In this document: positions 14,782 through 24,861 of the stretch, one piece after another | How positions within the stretch are numbered: position 1 is the first letter of the stretch | Layout: the number at the start of each line of letters is the position of its first letter | IMG/VR virus record: IMGVR_UViG_3300037466_003648 | Span: 1 to 64,000 of that record | DNA: 64,000 nt | Reading direction: 5' to 3' (one strand) | DNA from: a virus | Taxonomy: Duplodnaviria > Caudoviricetes | Notes under the pieces: model-generated | What the model was told of the DNA's origin: nothing | Seen by the model: the letters and a program-made list of their open reading frames with translations, nothing else | The model's database searches: none | Translations under genes and position numbers: made by a program

Positions 14782-15035
14782 GCTTCCTGCGTGAGCAGTA
14801 CGACGCCCTTGCCAAAGAGCGAGCCAGCGTCATCCAGTTGCTGGAGCAGTCCGGTTGGAACCTAGAGGTCGTCACCCGCGGCAAACTGCGGGTCGAAGTC
14901 CATCTCTACTTCGGGCAGATGGGCATCGTCTGCGAGACGCTGGACGAGCTGCGCGTGTTCCTCTTCGCGTACGCCAACGGCCAGGATGACGGTCAGCGCG
15001 CAGTGCGCAAGCAAGCCCTGTTCGCAGGCACCTAG
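14778..15035 (+). CDS. hypothetical protein
   Basis: SD AAGGAG; ATGA overlap. Confidence 0.7.
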   Translation: MSFLREQYDALAKERASVIQLLEQSGWNLEVVTRGKLRVEVHLYFGQMGIVCETLDELRVFLFAYANGQDDGQRAVRKQALFAGT

Positions 15036-15056
15036 CCCACCAGGAGAACCCATCCA

Positions 15057-15143
15057 ATGCTACTCAAGAGCGGCAAGCAGTTCCCCAAGGAGATCTGGCG
15101 CTGGAATGGCAGCATGTGGGTCTTCTTCATGCGGCTGCCCTAG
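15057..15143 (+). CDS. 28-aa peptide
   Basis: SD AGGAG, ATG, TAG; fills the gap. Confidence 0.35.
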   Translation: MLLKSGKQFPKEIWRWNGSMWVFFMRLP

Positions 15144-15164
15144 TCAGGAAGGAGCCACACCACC

Positions 15165-15356
15165 GTGACTGTAGCCCAACTCATTGCGCTGCTTCAGCAA
15201 GCGCCGAACCAAGACCGCGAAGTGTGGGCCGACTTCACGACGGTCACCGACGATCCCAACAAAGCGTTGGGGGCCATCTTGGGTCTGCACATCGACGCGC
15301 GTGACACCGACGTCGTGCTCGTCACCAACGAGATGGCTGTCATCCACATCAATTAG
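15165..15356 (+). CDS. hypothetical protein
   Basis: SD AAGGAG, GTG start; MTVAQLIALLQQAP. Confidence 0.65.
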   Translation: MTVAQLIALLQQAPNQDREVWADFTTVTDDPNKALGAILGLHIDARDTDVVLVTNEMAVIHIN

Positions 15357-15372
15357 CCGAAAGGAGCCACCC

Positions 15373-16221
15373 ATGTCCATCAGCTACACCATCCAGACCG
15401 AAGGTCGTGCGGCCGAGTACCCCACCACCCATCCTCTGAGCGCCAGCCAGCGTGCCGCTTACGATGAGAGCAACCAAGAACTGGCCCGTGCCCAGTGCGC
15501 GTTCCACAGCCTCCGCCACACGCGCTGGAGCTGGTTGTACTGGAAGGACTTGAAGTCCTCCTACGAGAAGGTGATGGCGCTGCGCCAGATGCCCCATTAC
15601 ACCGACCCCGATCTGATCGACACGCTGTTGATCGCCGCCGAAGACATCCGCCAAGCCTGGATGAAGTACCGCCTCTTCGGCAAGCAGCTGGTCCCGTTCG
15701 ATGGCACCTACCGCATGGGTCAGGTCAACGCGGACGGGGCGCACATCGCGATGACCCAGCTGCGCGACACGGCCCACGCCAACGCGTTGCTCGCCTACCA
15801 AGAGCAGTTCAAGGGCGAACGCGCCCTGGACCTGTTCGCGGAGCCCAACCACAACCTGTCCTACAGCCCCAACCACGCCAAGTCCGATGGCAACGGGATC
15901 GAGCTGCAGGATGTCTTCATGGGTCGCCTCATCGGCATCCTGCTCCTCCCCATCTTGGTGCCTATGCAGTTGATCCTGCAGTCGCTGCCGGGGGTCATCA
16001 AGCGTACCGAAGACACGTTGGCGAAGGTCAACACGCGCTTGGAGGTCTACGACAGCCCGTTGATCTTCTTGCTGCACCTGCGCAACGAGTTCGGCACGCC
16101 CGAAGAGAAGACCAGCATCTCCAAGCAGGAAGAAGCCTGGCTGCGCACTATTCAGCCGCAGATGGTGCAGACCATCGAGAAGCTGAAGTGGCGTAAAGCC
16201 CACGGCATGTTCTGGTTGTAG
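15373..16221 (+). CDS. hypothetical protein with one late TM segment
   Basis: GCCGAAAGGAGCC RBS, ATG 15373. Confidence 0.75.
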   Translation: MSISYTIQTEGRAAEYPTTHPLSASQRAAYDESNQELARAQCAFHSLRHTRWSWLYWKDLKSSYEKVMALRQMPHYTDPDLIDTLLIAAEDIRQAWMKYRLFGKQLVPFDGTYRMGQVNADGAHIAMTQLRDTAHANALLAYQEQFKGERALDLFAEPNHNLSYSPNHAKSDGNGIELQDVFMGRLIGILLLPILVPMQLILQSLPGVIKRTEDTLAKVNTRLEVYDSPLIFLLHLRNEFGTPEEKTSISKQEEAWLRTIQPQMVQTIEKLKWRKAHGMFWL

Positions 16222-16223
16222 TC

Positions 16224-16637
16224 ATGACGACCACCAACCGTCTTATCGACCTTCGTACCAAGCTCTGGCCGCTCAGCAACGACCAGAGCAATCGTATCAT
16301 CCAGCGGCAAGTAGAGCTGATCCTTGCTCGGGTCGAGGACAATCTCCACTACCAGGAGAAGTTGGAGCAGCTGATCGAGAAGCACGGGCGACCATCACAG
16401 CTCAGGCACATCTACGTCATCCGTGCTAAGTTGGAAGCATGGATTATCAACCCCAAAACCACGACGCCCTATCCACAGATCAGCAAGATCGGTGAGTACG
16501 AGAGCCTGGATCGCGAGAGCACCCGCACCAAGCTCAATGAGATCGTGGACGTTGTGAACGGCCTGCTTCAGCGCGAATACGAACGCGATCTTGCTACCCA
16601 GCGTGGTTTGTCCCCGACCATCAACGGTAAGGACTAG
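16224..16637 (+). CDS. hypothetical protein
   Basis: ORF abuts the upstream stop. Confidence 0.65.
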   Translation: MTTTNRLIDLRTKLWPLSNDQSNRIIQRQVELILARVEDNLHYQEKLEQLIEKHGRPSQLRHIYVIRAKLEAWIINPKTTTPYPQISKIGEYESLDRESTRTKLNEIVDVVNGLLQREYERDLATQRGLSPTINGKD

Positions 16638-16668
16638 ATCCACACCGAGCCGAAAGGAGCCTAACTCC

Positions 16669-16914
16669 ATGCTGAATAAGCGTTACACCAACACCATCAC
16701 AGGTTACACCTCGGCTGTCAGCATCTTGCAGCTGGTGGCCGAGATCGTGATGGTCCTCGCTGCCTGGCACCACCAAGCCATCTGGTTGGTGATCGTCCTG
16801 CACTTCGTTCGCACCTCGTTCGAGGAGTGGGAGTGCCGCACGCGACTCACCAAGCTGGACCAGATGCACGCCGACGAGATGAATGAGCTGGACGAACAGC
16901 TCGCGCGGGGTTAG
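16669..16914 (+). CDS. hypothetical membrane protein
   Basis: GCCGAAAGGAGCC RBS; hydrophobic N-terminal half. Confidence 0.65.
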   Translation: MLNKRYTNTITGYTSAVSILQLVAEIVMVLAAWHHQAIWLVIVLHFVRTSFEEWECRTRLTKLDQMHADEMNELDEQLARG

Positions 16915-16917
16915 CCC

Positions 16918-17283
16918 ATGATGTACAGCTTCCAACAGTTCGACAAGACGTGGGACTTCGACATCGAGTTCGTCGGCCCCATCAAGCTGCCACGCTTCCG
17001 CGAGCGCATGATCGGCAACTACTACGCCACGCGTGGTCAGCCTATCCTCAGTCTCAAGGACCCGTTCGCCACCTACACCACTCGCAAGGTGCCACCGGCC
17101 AACCGCATCAACGTTCGGGGTCTCCCCGAGGTACTGGACCTCAAGGTGATGTTGGAGCGGACTTTCAGCGGTCAGCCCATCTACATCAAGGGCATGTGCA
17201 GCAAGCCGATGCGCTGGCGCCGCAAGGCACGCGCCCTTCTGGATGGGTTCGACAGCGACGGTACGATCTTCGTGTTGACCTAG
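16918..17283 (+). CDS. hypothetical protein
   Basis: ORF, codon usage. Confidence 0.65.
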   Translation: MMYSFQQFDKTWDFDIEFVGPIKLPRFRERMIGNYYATRGQPILSLKDPFATYTTRKVPPANRINVRGLPEVLDLKVMLERTFSGQPIYIKGMCSKPMRWRRKARALLDGFDSDGTIFVLT

Positions 17284-17365
17284 ACCCATGCTGGACAAGA
17301 ACCGCGAGACGCTGCTTCGCAACCTCGACATCGTTCGCCAGTTCAACAGCCGAAAGGAGTCTCCA

Positions 17366-17716
17366 ATGGAGCAAGTCCCCACCCCTAACACGGTGCCCAG
17401 CTACGATCGGGGCATTCTCCTGCGCGACGACGAGCTGACCCATAGCCGCAACCGTGTACCCAAGCTCTTCAAGTTGTTCATGCGCAGCTACCCCGGTGGT
17501 CCCGAGATCCAGCCCACGATCGTGATGGCGCTGAACATCACCCAGGCTCTCGCTCGCTACACCAAAGAGTACGATCTGGGCCATGTCTACAAGATCGAAG
17601 AGATGGAGGACGTGCAGGTGATGCTCTACCCAGACCCTGCGCTCATCGCCTGGGCCAGCAATGGTCGTCCCAAGAGCCTTCACACCTTGACTGATGAGCC
17701 GACCGACGAGGTGTGA
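17366..17716 (+). CDS. hypothetical protein
   Basis: GCCGAAAGGAG RBS before ATG 17366; in-frame upstream ATG 17288 also possible. Confidence 0.65.
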   Translation: MEQVPTPNTVPSYDRGILLRDDELTHSRNRVPKLFKLFMRSYPGGPEIQPTIVMALNITQALARYTKEYDLGHVYKIEEMEDVQVMLYPDPALIAWASNGRPKSLHTLTDEPTDEV

Positions 17717-17766
17717 CCAATTCCTCGTGTCCCTCCAAACCGTCTAGCCGAAAGGAATTTAACCCC

Positions 17767-18006
17767 ATGAACCATATGCGTATGTCTCTTGCTGCCGCCG
17801 CCCTGGTTGGCACCTCGATCGCCAGCGGCCCCGCTCCGCACTATGTGGAGCCGAAGAAGCCCCAACCCGAACCCAAGGTTGACTCCACGTACGAGCGAGC
17901 TTGGCGCAAGTCGTCTCTGCAGGCACGTAAGCCGGACTACACGCCGGGCAACGTGGGCAGCTTGCCCAAGAAGAAGCAGGCGAAGTACAAGCGCAAGAAG
18001 CGCTAG
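17767..18006 (+). CDS. small basic protein
   Basis: GCCGAAAGGA RBS; Lys/Arg-rich C-terminus. Confidence 0.6.
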   Translation: MNHMRMSLAAAALVGTSIASGPAPHYVEPKKPQPEPKVDSTYERAWRKSSLQARKPDYTPGNVGSLPKKKQAKYKRKKR

Positions 18007-18021
18007 GAGGAGCCACCCACC

Positions 18022-18402
18022 ATGAACCCCGAACTCCAGAAGCTCATCGATGTGGTGACCCAGCAACTGGGCATCGCCCGTGACCACTTCTATCCCATCT
18101 TCGTGCGACAGATCTACAACGAGGGTCTGTACTTCTTCATCATCACCTTGGTGGAGCTGTTCGCCTTCCTCACGTTGGCTGTGTGGGCATCCGGTAACGC
18201 CCGCCGCCTGTGGGCGAAGGCCAACGCGACCACGCACAAGGGCGATCCCTTCTACTTCCTGTCCGCGGGGTGTGCCGTGCTCACCCTTGCCGGGATCTTC
18301 GGCGTCTGGACCGAGATGATCGACCTCGTGCGCAATGCGCTGCTCATCGCCAACCCGGAGTACTACGCCGTCGAGCGTGTGCTGTCCCTCATCAAGCACT
18401 AA
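18022..18402 (+). CDS. two-TM membrane protein
   Basis: SD AGGAGGAG; two hydrophobic helices; ends NPEYYAVERVL. Confidence 0.75.
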   Translation: MNPELQKLIDVVTQQLGIARDHFYPIFVRQIYNEGLYFFIITLVELFAFLTLAVWASGNARRLWAKANATTHKGDPFYFLSAGCAVLTLAGIFGVWTEMIDLVRNALLIANPEYYAVERVLSLIKH

Positions 18403-18412
18403 GGAGCCATCC

Positions 18413-18820
18413 GTGCCCAGCTTGACCTTCCGCATTCACTATTCTCCCCTGCTGCCCAATGTGCAGCCCAACACCACCGAAGCGCAGTTGGCGCAGACCT
18501 TCGAGCACATCCAGAACCTCATTCGTGGGATCGCTGCGCTCGACAGCAACATCACCTGCGTTCAGCTCGAACGCTATGACGTGCACGAGCAGTTCATCAA
18601 CGACGAGCCGGCGATCACGGACTTCAGCGCGATGCTGAACGACGTGATGCTCTTGGGTCTCGTCCAGACCCACAACATCAAGCAGTTCATGACCGACCTG
18701 GGCGACGCCCTGCGTTGGCTCATCGAGGATGAGAACAACCCATTCGACGCCCTCCCCTTCAACGAGGAGGAGATCCAGCAGATCGTCGGCGCTTACCGGG
18801 AGCTGTACGGTGAAGGCTAA
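18413..18820 (+). CDS. hypothetical protein
   Basis: SD AAGGAG, GTG start. Confidence 0.7.
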   Translation: MPSLTFRIHYSPLLPNVQPNTTEAQLAQTFEHIQNLIRGIAALDSNITCVQLERYDVHEQFINDEPAITDFSAMLNDVMLLGLVQTHNIKQFMTDLGDALRWLIEDENNPFDALPFNEEEIQQIVGAYRELYGEG

Positions 18821-19163
18821 GTTCAAGGGGTGCACGCCACCCACCCGCCAACAACTGCTGGACGCGGGCTTCGATCCCAAGCGCCCCATCCAGTCCAGCA
18901 TCCAACGCTGGAACGACGAGAAGCACTGCACCTGGGTCTTCACCCAGGACGAGAAGCCCAAGTTCGACTACGACTACCGTCGTGCCGTGCGCAAGGTCTA
19001 CCCCAAAGCCGACGCCTACGACTACGGCGGGCGCGATGGTTGGTTGGTGCTGGTGCCCAGCGAGGACGACGACAAGCCCTCCGAAGCCATAGGGCAAGGC
19101 AACACCGCCGCGCTCGCGTGGCTCGACGCGTTCAACCAGTTGCCGAAGGAGAAGAAGTCATGA
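18810..19163 (+). CDS. hypothetical protein
   Basis: GTG start overlapping the upstream stop. Confidence 0.6.
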   Translation: MKAKFKGCTPPTRQQLLDAGFDPKRPIQSSIQRWNDEKHCTWVFTQDEKPKFDYDYRRAVRKVYPKADAYDYGGRDGWLVLVPSEDDDKPSEAIGQGNTAALAWLDAFNQLPKEKKS

Positions 19164-19519
19164 CCTTGGAGTGTAACCCCGCCCAACCCACGGAGCAGCT
19201 CTACACCATCTACTGCCGCGCTCAGCGGAGCCTGCAGGATGGTCACGGCCCCAGCTTCGCGGTCCAGATGGATCTGGCCGAGCATCGTGCCCCGAAGATG
19301 GGAGACCACCTCTTCCTGGACGGCAAGCTCCACCAGATCGAGAGCATCAAGGGCGCATTGCCTTCCACGGTTCCGTGGAGAAACGTGGAAGTGATCTACA
19401 GCTTCGACCCGCCCAAGTGGGGTCCAGACCCCAACCATTGGTTCGTGGACCTGCCTGACGTCATCCTGGTCTGCGTGCCCGTACGTGTGCCCAACGCCAC
19501 GAGCAAGTTCAACCGCTGA
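19160..19519 (+). CDS. hypothetical protein
   Basis: SD AAGGAG; ATGA overlap. Confidence 0.65.
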   Translation: MTLECNPAQPTEQLYTIYCRAQRSLQDGHGPSFAVQMDLAEHRAPKMGDHLFLDGKLHQIESIKGALPSTVPWRNVEVIYSFDPPKWGPDPNHWFVDLPDVILVCVPVRVPNATSKFNR

Positions 19520-19532
19520 AAGGAGCCAATCT

Positions 19533-19691
19533 ATGTTCGCTGCCTACCTCCGTGCGGAGGGATCGAGTCTCGGCCAGGAGTGGCTGTGGGTGGTGACCGC
19601 CCTGACCCTCTTCGGACACTGGATGGGTTACACCTGGGGCTCGTCCTTCCTGACCGCCCAGACCGTCGCCTACTTCATCACGCCGCGGTAG
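19533..19691 (+). CDS. small hydrophobic protein
   Basis: SD GAAAGGAG. Confidence 0.55.
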   Translation: MFAAYLRAEGSSLGQEWLWVVTALTLFGHWMGYTWGSSFLTAQTVAYFITPR

Positions 19692-19693
19692 CT

Positions 19694-19891
19694 GTGCGCG
19701 AGAAGTGCCCGCGCTGCTCGCGCCGCAACGAGCACAACGCCACCAAGTGCGTCGAGAACCTGCTGCAAGACTTCCGCAGTGCCCAGAAGACGATGGAGCG
19801 CGCCAAGCGTCAGCTCCAATCGTTCGGCGCTCAGGGTCTGTTTAGTGTTCAAGTTAAGGTCGCCCTCCAAGAGATGGGCGTGAGGGGGTAA
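19694..19891 (+). CDS. small zinc-ribbon-like protein
   Basis: CPRC...C; start uncertain. Confidence 0.45.
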   Translation: MREKCPRCSRRNEHNATKCVENLLQDFRSAQKTMERAKRQLQSFGAQGLFSVQVKVALQEMGVRG

Positions 19892-19894
19892 ACC

Positions 19895-20236
19895 ATGGAA
19901 GTTGTCATCGCGAGCCTGTCCCAACAGGACTACGACGGCGAGACGCTCGCCAACATGCGCATCGTCTTCGAGGGCGAGCCCACACCCATCGCGGTGCGTG
20001 AAGCCTTCCGGCAAGAAGCCGAAGACCAGCTCAAAGCGATCCCGTTTACGGACCCCCAGCGCGATGACTACATGCGGGGCTACGCGTTGTTGATGGATCG
20101 GTTGGGTGGGTTGTCGCCTGCGGCCGGTGAGATGTTCGCCGAGCACGATGACTGGTACCACAAGCAGCTGGACAGGTTCATCCTCTCGTTCACCAGGTGT
20201 CACACGTACCCCGCCAAGTTCAGAGACCACACATAG
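19895..20236 (+). CDS. hypothetical protein
   Basis: ORF, codon usage. Confidence 0.65.
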   Translation: MEVVIASLSQQDYDGETLANMRIVFEGEPTPIAVREAFRQEAEDQLKAIPFTDPQRDDYMRGYALLMDRLGGLSPAAGEMFAEHDDWYHKQLDRFILSFTRCHTYPAKFRDHT

Positions 20237-20247
20237 GAGCTACGCGT

Positions 20248-20982
20248 ATGTTCGACTACGGCGACGATCCTTGGGATGACCTGTTGGACTTCGCCGCCTA
20301 CGAGCGCGACCAACAGCTCTACCTCGACCTGGAGAACAGCCCCATCGACATGGAAGTTGATGTCGAAGACCGCATCTTCGACCAGTGGTTGGACGAGTGG
20401 TGGGGCGACTTTGACGAGAGCGACTACACCTACCGCGAGCCGCAGATGGACGATCCGTACCATCCGGCCGACGCGTTGGTCTACGTCGGTGGACCGATGA
20501 TCTTGCCTCGCCAGTTCATCAACCAACGAGATGTCAAAGGTCATCGACACCCCACACGCAGCAAGCGCAACCACCGGCGCCAGAACGGCCATTGGTTGTG
20601 GGTGTTCAACTACGAAGCTACGGTCGTCTTGCCGCACAGCCCTCGACGCCGCTGCTGGCAGCGGCGGCAAGACCAGCGCTTCAAGCACCGGAACGTCAAG
20701 TTCTACGCCGACGCGCCGGACTTCACGCCCGACCCGTACCAGGTGTGCTCGTTGTTCGGGTACAACACGCCGTCGCCTGAACACCGTGCGGACCTCAACC
20801 GTACCACCAGCTACGATCCCAGCGACTACGACGAGTACGCCTACGAGAACTACGACGGTTACTCGTACTACTACGACGAAGCCGAGGACTGGGCGGCGTT
20901 TCTGGGTCCCGAAGACGACCCGTACGAACGCGATCGTCAGTTCGACATCCTCTACGATCGCCTCATCTACGGCGAAGCCTAG
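20248..20982 (+). CDS. Asp/Tyr-rich acidic protein with a basic central segment
   Basis: SD AGGAG, ATG 20248. Confidence 0.7.
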   Translation: MFDYGDDPWDDLLDFAAYERDQQLYLDLENSPIDMEVDVEDRIFDQWLDEWWGDFDESDYTYREPQMDDPYHPADALVYVGGPMILPRQFINQRDVKGHRHPTRSKRNHRRQNGHWLWVFNYEATVVLPHSPRRRCWQRRQDQRFKHRNVKFYADAPDFTPDPYQVCSLFGYNTPSPEHRADLNRTTSYDPSDYDEYAYENYDGYSYYYDEAEDWAAFLGPEDDPYERDRQFDILYDRLIYGEA

Positions 20983-20999
20983 CCGAAAGGAGCCACACC

Positions 21000-21638
21000 A
21001 TGACCATCGGATCGTGGGAACCCAACGAAGAGCAGTTCCAGCTGGACCTGCGCAACATCATGGTCCGAGCCACGGACAACCCCGCACCCGATGCCAAGGA
21101 CGGCACCGCAATCGCCTACATGACACGTACGCGTGGTGACAAGGAAGTCGGCTTCACGATGTACTTCGAGGGTACGCCCACCCCCGACGAGATCAAGGAG
21201 ACCGCTCATCGTCTGATGAAGAGCGGCGCGTGGGGTGTCGACTACCATGCCATCAAGGTGCTGGTCCAGGCATTGAAGTTCAGTGCCAAGCAGTATGCCG
21301 AGTGGGACCGCAAGAAGTGGTTGCAGATGTGGGTCGACGACGGCTTCCAGGGCTACCACGTCGAGCCCATCAAGCTCGTCCCCACCGCCCAGGTGCAAGG
21401 GCAGTCGGAGAAGCCACCGTCCGAGGATGCGAAGTGCTACGCCTGTCGTCTCACCGGTCCGCTGTGTCCCGCGTGTGGCTTGCCCATCTTGCAGCACACC
21501 AGCCCCTACGAGAACTTCGCGACCTGTGCGGACACCATCAACTACCGCCTCAAGCGCGCGGCGGCGTACTGGGAAGAGAAGCGCGTCAACGACCTGGTGG
21601 AGATCTTCGAGAAGGCAGAGGAGAAGAAGGATGTCTGA
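21000..21638 (+). CDS. hypothetical protein with CxxC motifs
   Basis: GCCGAAAGGAGCC RBS; CYAC and CPAC. Confidence 0.75.
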   Translation: MTIGSWEPNEEQFQLDLRNIMVRATDNPAPDAKDGTAIAYMTRTRGDKEVGFTMYFEGTPTPDEIKETAHRLMKSGAWGVDYHAIKVLVQALKFSAKQYAEWDRKKWLQMWVDDGFQGYHVEPIKLVPTAQVQGQSEKPPSEDAKCYACRLTGPLCPACGLPILQHTSPYENFATCADTINYRLKRAAAYWEEKRVNDLVEIFEKAEEKKDV

Positions 21639-21873
21639 GGGCACGCCCTACACCCCGCGCAAGAGCGATCCCAAGCCCTGCAGCTACTGCGGCAAGGCAT
21701 TCCACCCGACGCTCGCCGCGGGGTGGGGCACCAACCTCGGTCCTGGCAAGCTGGACGACAGCCATTGCCCCGACCCCGAGTGCCGCGACAAGTCGCACGC
21801 GGCGTGGGATGCAGCGCTCAAGGAGTCCCGCACGGCGCACATGCGATCCCTCTTCCCGGAGTTCAAAGGCTGA
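21631..21873 (+). CDS. small Cys-rich protein
   Basis: SD GGAG; CSYC...CPDPEC. Confidence 0.65.
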   Translation: MSEGTPYTPRKSDPKPCSYCGKAFHPTLAAGWGTNLGPGKLDDSHCPDPECRDKSHAAWDAALKESRTAHMRSLFPEFKG

Positions 21874-22217
21874 TGGAGTATACCTACAGCGAACACGAGC
21901 ATGCCGACGAAGTGGAAGCCGTAGAGCAGTGTAGCACTTGTGGTTGTGGCGTTTACAGCTGCATCCATTGTGGTACACTCTACTGCCCCGCGCAGAGCGA
22001 GCGGTGCCCCGATCGGTGGAAGGCCAAAGCCAAGCGCTACGAGTCGGTGGTCTTCCACTACTCGCAGCCTGACGGTGTGCTACACCGCGAGGACTTCACA
22101 CCGGAAGAGCAAGTCGAGGTGGAAACCTTGGAGCGGGAGCTGGGCGAAGCCGTCTGTAAGCTCGTTCAGCAATTCGCGTCGTGGGACGACATCGAGGCAG
22201 CACGCAATGTACGGTAA
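21873..22217 (+). CDS. Cys-rich hypothetical protein
   Basis: TGATG overlap; CSTC, CIHC. Confidence 0.6.
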   Translation: MEYTYSEHEHADEVEAVEQCSTCGCGVYSCIHCGTLYCPAQSERCPDRWKAKAKRYESVVFHYSQPDGVLHREDFTPEEQVEVETLERELGEAVCKLVQQFASWDDIEAARNVR

Positions 22218-22354
22218 AGCTCTGGTCCCCATCTACAACGCGCTTGGACCCTTCTGGTACTTCGCGATGGTGGTTGTCCTGTTGGGTGGGGTTGCTTACC
22301 TCATACACAGGTATGACCGCTAAGTCTCATACCAGCCGAAAGGAGCCCATCCTC

Positions 22355-22594
22355 ATGAGCACAAAAGACATCGATGTCAGCACAACTTCGCAGCGTGCCG
22401 TACACATGAACCAAGTCGGCGATACCCTTGTGGTAAAAGAGACGTTGTATAACTGGCGAGGTCCCGATGTGACACAAACCGTCAATGTCACACCCCAGGA
22501 GTTGGCCTACATCGTGCTCTGCGCCTCCGGCCAGTTCGTCGAGGCGTTTGACGCCGAGATGGAACGGTTGATCAAGAACCACGGGAAGCGTTAG
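22355..22594 (+). CDS. hypothetical protein
   Basis: GCCGAAAGGAGCC RBS. Confidence 0.65.
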   Translation: MSTKDIDVSTTSQRAVHMNQVGDTLVVKETLYNWRGPDVTQTVNVTPQELAYIVLCASGQFVEAFDAEMERLIKNHGKR

Positions 22595-22927
22595 ATGTCG
22601 CCGCGCTACTACCAGTTCGAGGACGAAGACGAGACCCGCAGGAACGAAGAGAAGCAAGCACTTGCCGAACAGCGCTTCGCGGCAGCAGTCGATGCCTGCA
22701 AGCTCATGGCGCTTCAGAACGGCGAGGGCTCGACCCTACACATCGGGGTCGAGCAAGAGCGCTACTACGCGCGCGAAGGCACGCCGCCCACGCACATGGT
22801 GGCGATGTGCAACATGATCAGCGTCCTGCGTGATCCCAATGATCACGAGATGCGGTACCCCACCTGCAAGCTGTGCAACAGCAAGCACCGCAAAGCTCTG
22901 GAAGAGCGAGGAGATTCGTCGTGGTAG
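22595..22927 (+). CDS. hypothetical protein
   Basis: ATG directly after the upstream stop. Confidence 0.65.
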   Translation: MSPRYYQFEDEDETRRNEEKQALAEQRFAAAVDACKLMALQNGEGSTLHIGVEQERYYAREGTPPTHMVAMCNMISVLRDPNDHEMRYPTCKLCNSKHRKALEERGDSSW

Positions 22928-23379
22928 CCATTTCTTTCGTCGCCTACTGGATCGGCTTCATGGCCATCATCGCTGTCACGTTGATGGCGATCGTCGTGGG
23001 TGTGGGCTTCGTCACCTCCTTCCTCTCGAAGGCAGCCCTTGATGCCAGCGAGCGCGCCAACAACGTGGTGATCTTCGTGCACTTCCTGGCCTGGCGTGCC
23101 TGGCACCGCAAGGACTACCTGGAGCTGGAGAACGTCAACAACTTCATCGCCAAGGCGCGCAAGTTCGATGTTGTCGTCGCCAACCTCCAGAGCGCCTTGG
23201 AGTCCCTGATCGACGTCAACAACCAACCGCCCGGCTCGCTGCCCTACACCTGGGAGCAAGCCGAAGGCTGGGCGCGTCAGGCGCTGGCAGAGACCCGTGA
23301 CTTCTCCAAGTTCGCGCGTGCCCCGCGTCCCCGTCCGGCCAAGCTGTTGAAGGGTGCTCCCAAGAGCACGGAGGTGTAA
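22921..23379 (+). CDS. membrane-anchored hypothetical protein
   Basis: SD GAGGAG, GTG start, N-terminal TM. Confidence 0.6.
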   Translation: MVAISFVAYWIGFMAIIAVTLMAIVVGVGFVTSFLSKAALDASERANNVVIFVHFLAWRAWHRKDYLELENVNNFIAKARKFDVVVANLQSALESLIDVNNQPPGSLPYTWEQAEGWARQALAETRDFSKFARAPRPRPAKLLKGAPKSTEV

Positions 23380-23381
23380 CC

Positions 23382-23966
23382 ATGCGCGGCTTCCATTACA
23401 CCAGCTACCCGCACATCATCGCGGAGAACCGCAACCCCGGTCGTGAAGACGAGTCCCTCGTCATCCGGTACGACCCGGACGTTCACAACCGGCATCTACC
23501 CCACAGCGGAATGCGCGCCGACCCGATGAAGTTGGAGTCGCCTGCAGAGATCCGTTGGTTCATCAAGTCCCTGCAGGAGCTGCGCACGTATCTCCAGAGC
23601 GCCTCGCCGCGCAAGAAGAAGTTCGAGTTCAGTCGGGAGTGGATCAGTCCAGCCGGTCGCTACCCGAGCAAGGTTTACATCGGCTCCTCGCGCCACGGCT
23701 ACGCTGACGTTGCAGATCCGAACCGCATCTTCCTCGATTGGCACTGGGACCACATGTTGATCGACCAAGGGTGTCTGGACGTCATTCTCGATCAGCTCCT
23801 GCCGACGATCATCGTGCGGATGGAAGCCTGGGAGCGAGCAGAAGCCCAGCGTGTCTCCGAGGCTGCGGAGCAGTTGAAGAACGCACCGCCTGTCGAGACG
23901 GACCCTGAAGAAGACGTCCTGACCATCACCAAGAAACCCACCCGCCGCCGCAAGGTGGCTAGCTAG
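23382..23966 (+). CDS. hypothetical protein
   Basis: SD GGAGG. Confidence 0.75.
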   Translation: MRGFHYTSYPHIIAENRNPGREDESLVIRYDPDVHNRHLPHSGMRADPMKLESPAEIRWFIKSLQELRTYLQSASPRKKKFEFSREWISPAGRYPSKVYIGSSRHGYADVADPNRIFLDWHWDHMLIDQGCLDVILDQLLPTIIVRMEAWERAEAQRVSEAAEQLKNAPPVETDPEEDVLTITKKPTRRRKVAS

Positions 23967-23976
23967 GAGAGCCCAC

Positions 23977-24369
23977 ATGGCTGCCACAACCCCCGTGTAC
24001 AAAGTCGGCGACAAAGCCAAAGTCGTCAACGGTCTCTCGTACCACAACCAGGTCGGTGTCGTTCTCGACGTGACGGTTGGAGGCATTCTGCTAAAGCTTG
24101 CAGACAACTCGCTCTACTTCCCGTTCTCGGACGTGGAGCCGGTTGCTGCGACACAGCGAGTTGTGATCGTGCGTACTGATTGCCCCAGGACCAGCATTGA
24201 CTGGCCCGAAGGCAACTACAAGCCGTACGTCGGCATGATCCTGCTGAGCAAAACCAAGTCGAAGATCATCAAGGTCTACGAGGTCAAGGACATCCACTTC
24301 GATCCCGATTGGACGCCGGTCTTGCACCTGACCGAGCGCAGCAATTCCCCTGTGGAGGTGACCCTGTGA
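23977..24369 (+). CDS. KOW/SH3-like beta-barrel protein
   Basis: YKVGDKAKVVNG...GVVLDV. Confidence 0.6.
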   Translation: MAATTPVYKVGDKAKVVNGLSYHNQVGVVLDVTVGGILLKLADNSLYFPFSDVEPVAATQRVVIVRTDCPRTSIDWPEGNYKPYVGMILLSKTKSKIIKVYEVKDIHFDPDWTPVLHLTERSNSPVEVTL

Positions 24370-24593
24370 GCGCCGACATCCTCATCAACTACGATGACCA
24401 GTTCATCGCTCTCTACAACAACGTGCGGGGTAAGAACGACCCCGGCAGTCAGATGATCCTGGCTGCACTGCTGCAGGCGGATGCCAACCACCGCCTGGCG
24501 CAAGCGGTCAACGACCTGGTCACCAAGATCGCCGGGACGATTCCGGTCGAGATCGTGAACGCGCTCCGCATGGAGGTTCCCGATGGCAAGTGA
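24366..24593 (+). CDS. hypothetical protein
   Basis: SD GGAGG; GTGA overlap. Confidence 0.6.
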   Translation: MSADILINYDDQFIALYNNVRGKNDPGSQMILAALLQADANHRLAQAVNDLVTKIAGTIPVEIVNALRMEVPDGK

Positions 24594-24849
24594 AGGTGAT
24601 GTGTTCGCTTCGGGGATCTTGATCACCGTCCTCGCCGTGATGGTGGTAGGCGGCATCTTCCTCTTCGGGAATAGCCTAGGCGCTGGCCCCAATGCTGCCA
24701 TTCCCGGAGAGCTGCGTTGGTTGCAGACCTCTCAAGGTCACGCCTTTCTGGTAGAGAACGCCCACCACCAGCAGAAGATCGTGGTCGACTTCACCAACCA
24801 GCATGTCATCGTGGATGTGCCCGCCAGCACACCCGTCAGCCGACCTTGA
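24583..24849 (+). CDS. single-TM protein
   Basis: SD GGAGG; N-terminal hydrophobic helix. Confidence 0.65.
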   Translation: MASEGDVFASGILITVLAVMVVGGIFLFGNSLGAGPNAAIPGELRWLQTSQGHAFLVENAHHQQKIVVDFTNQHVIVDVPASTPVSRP

Positions 24850-24861
24850 AGGAGTACTGCC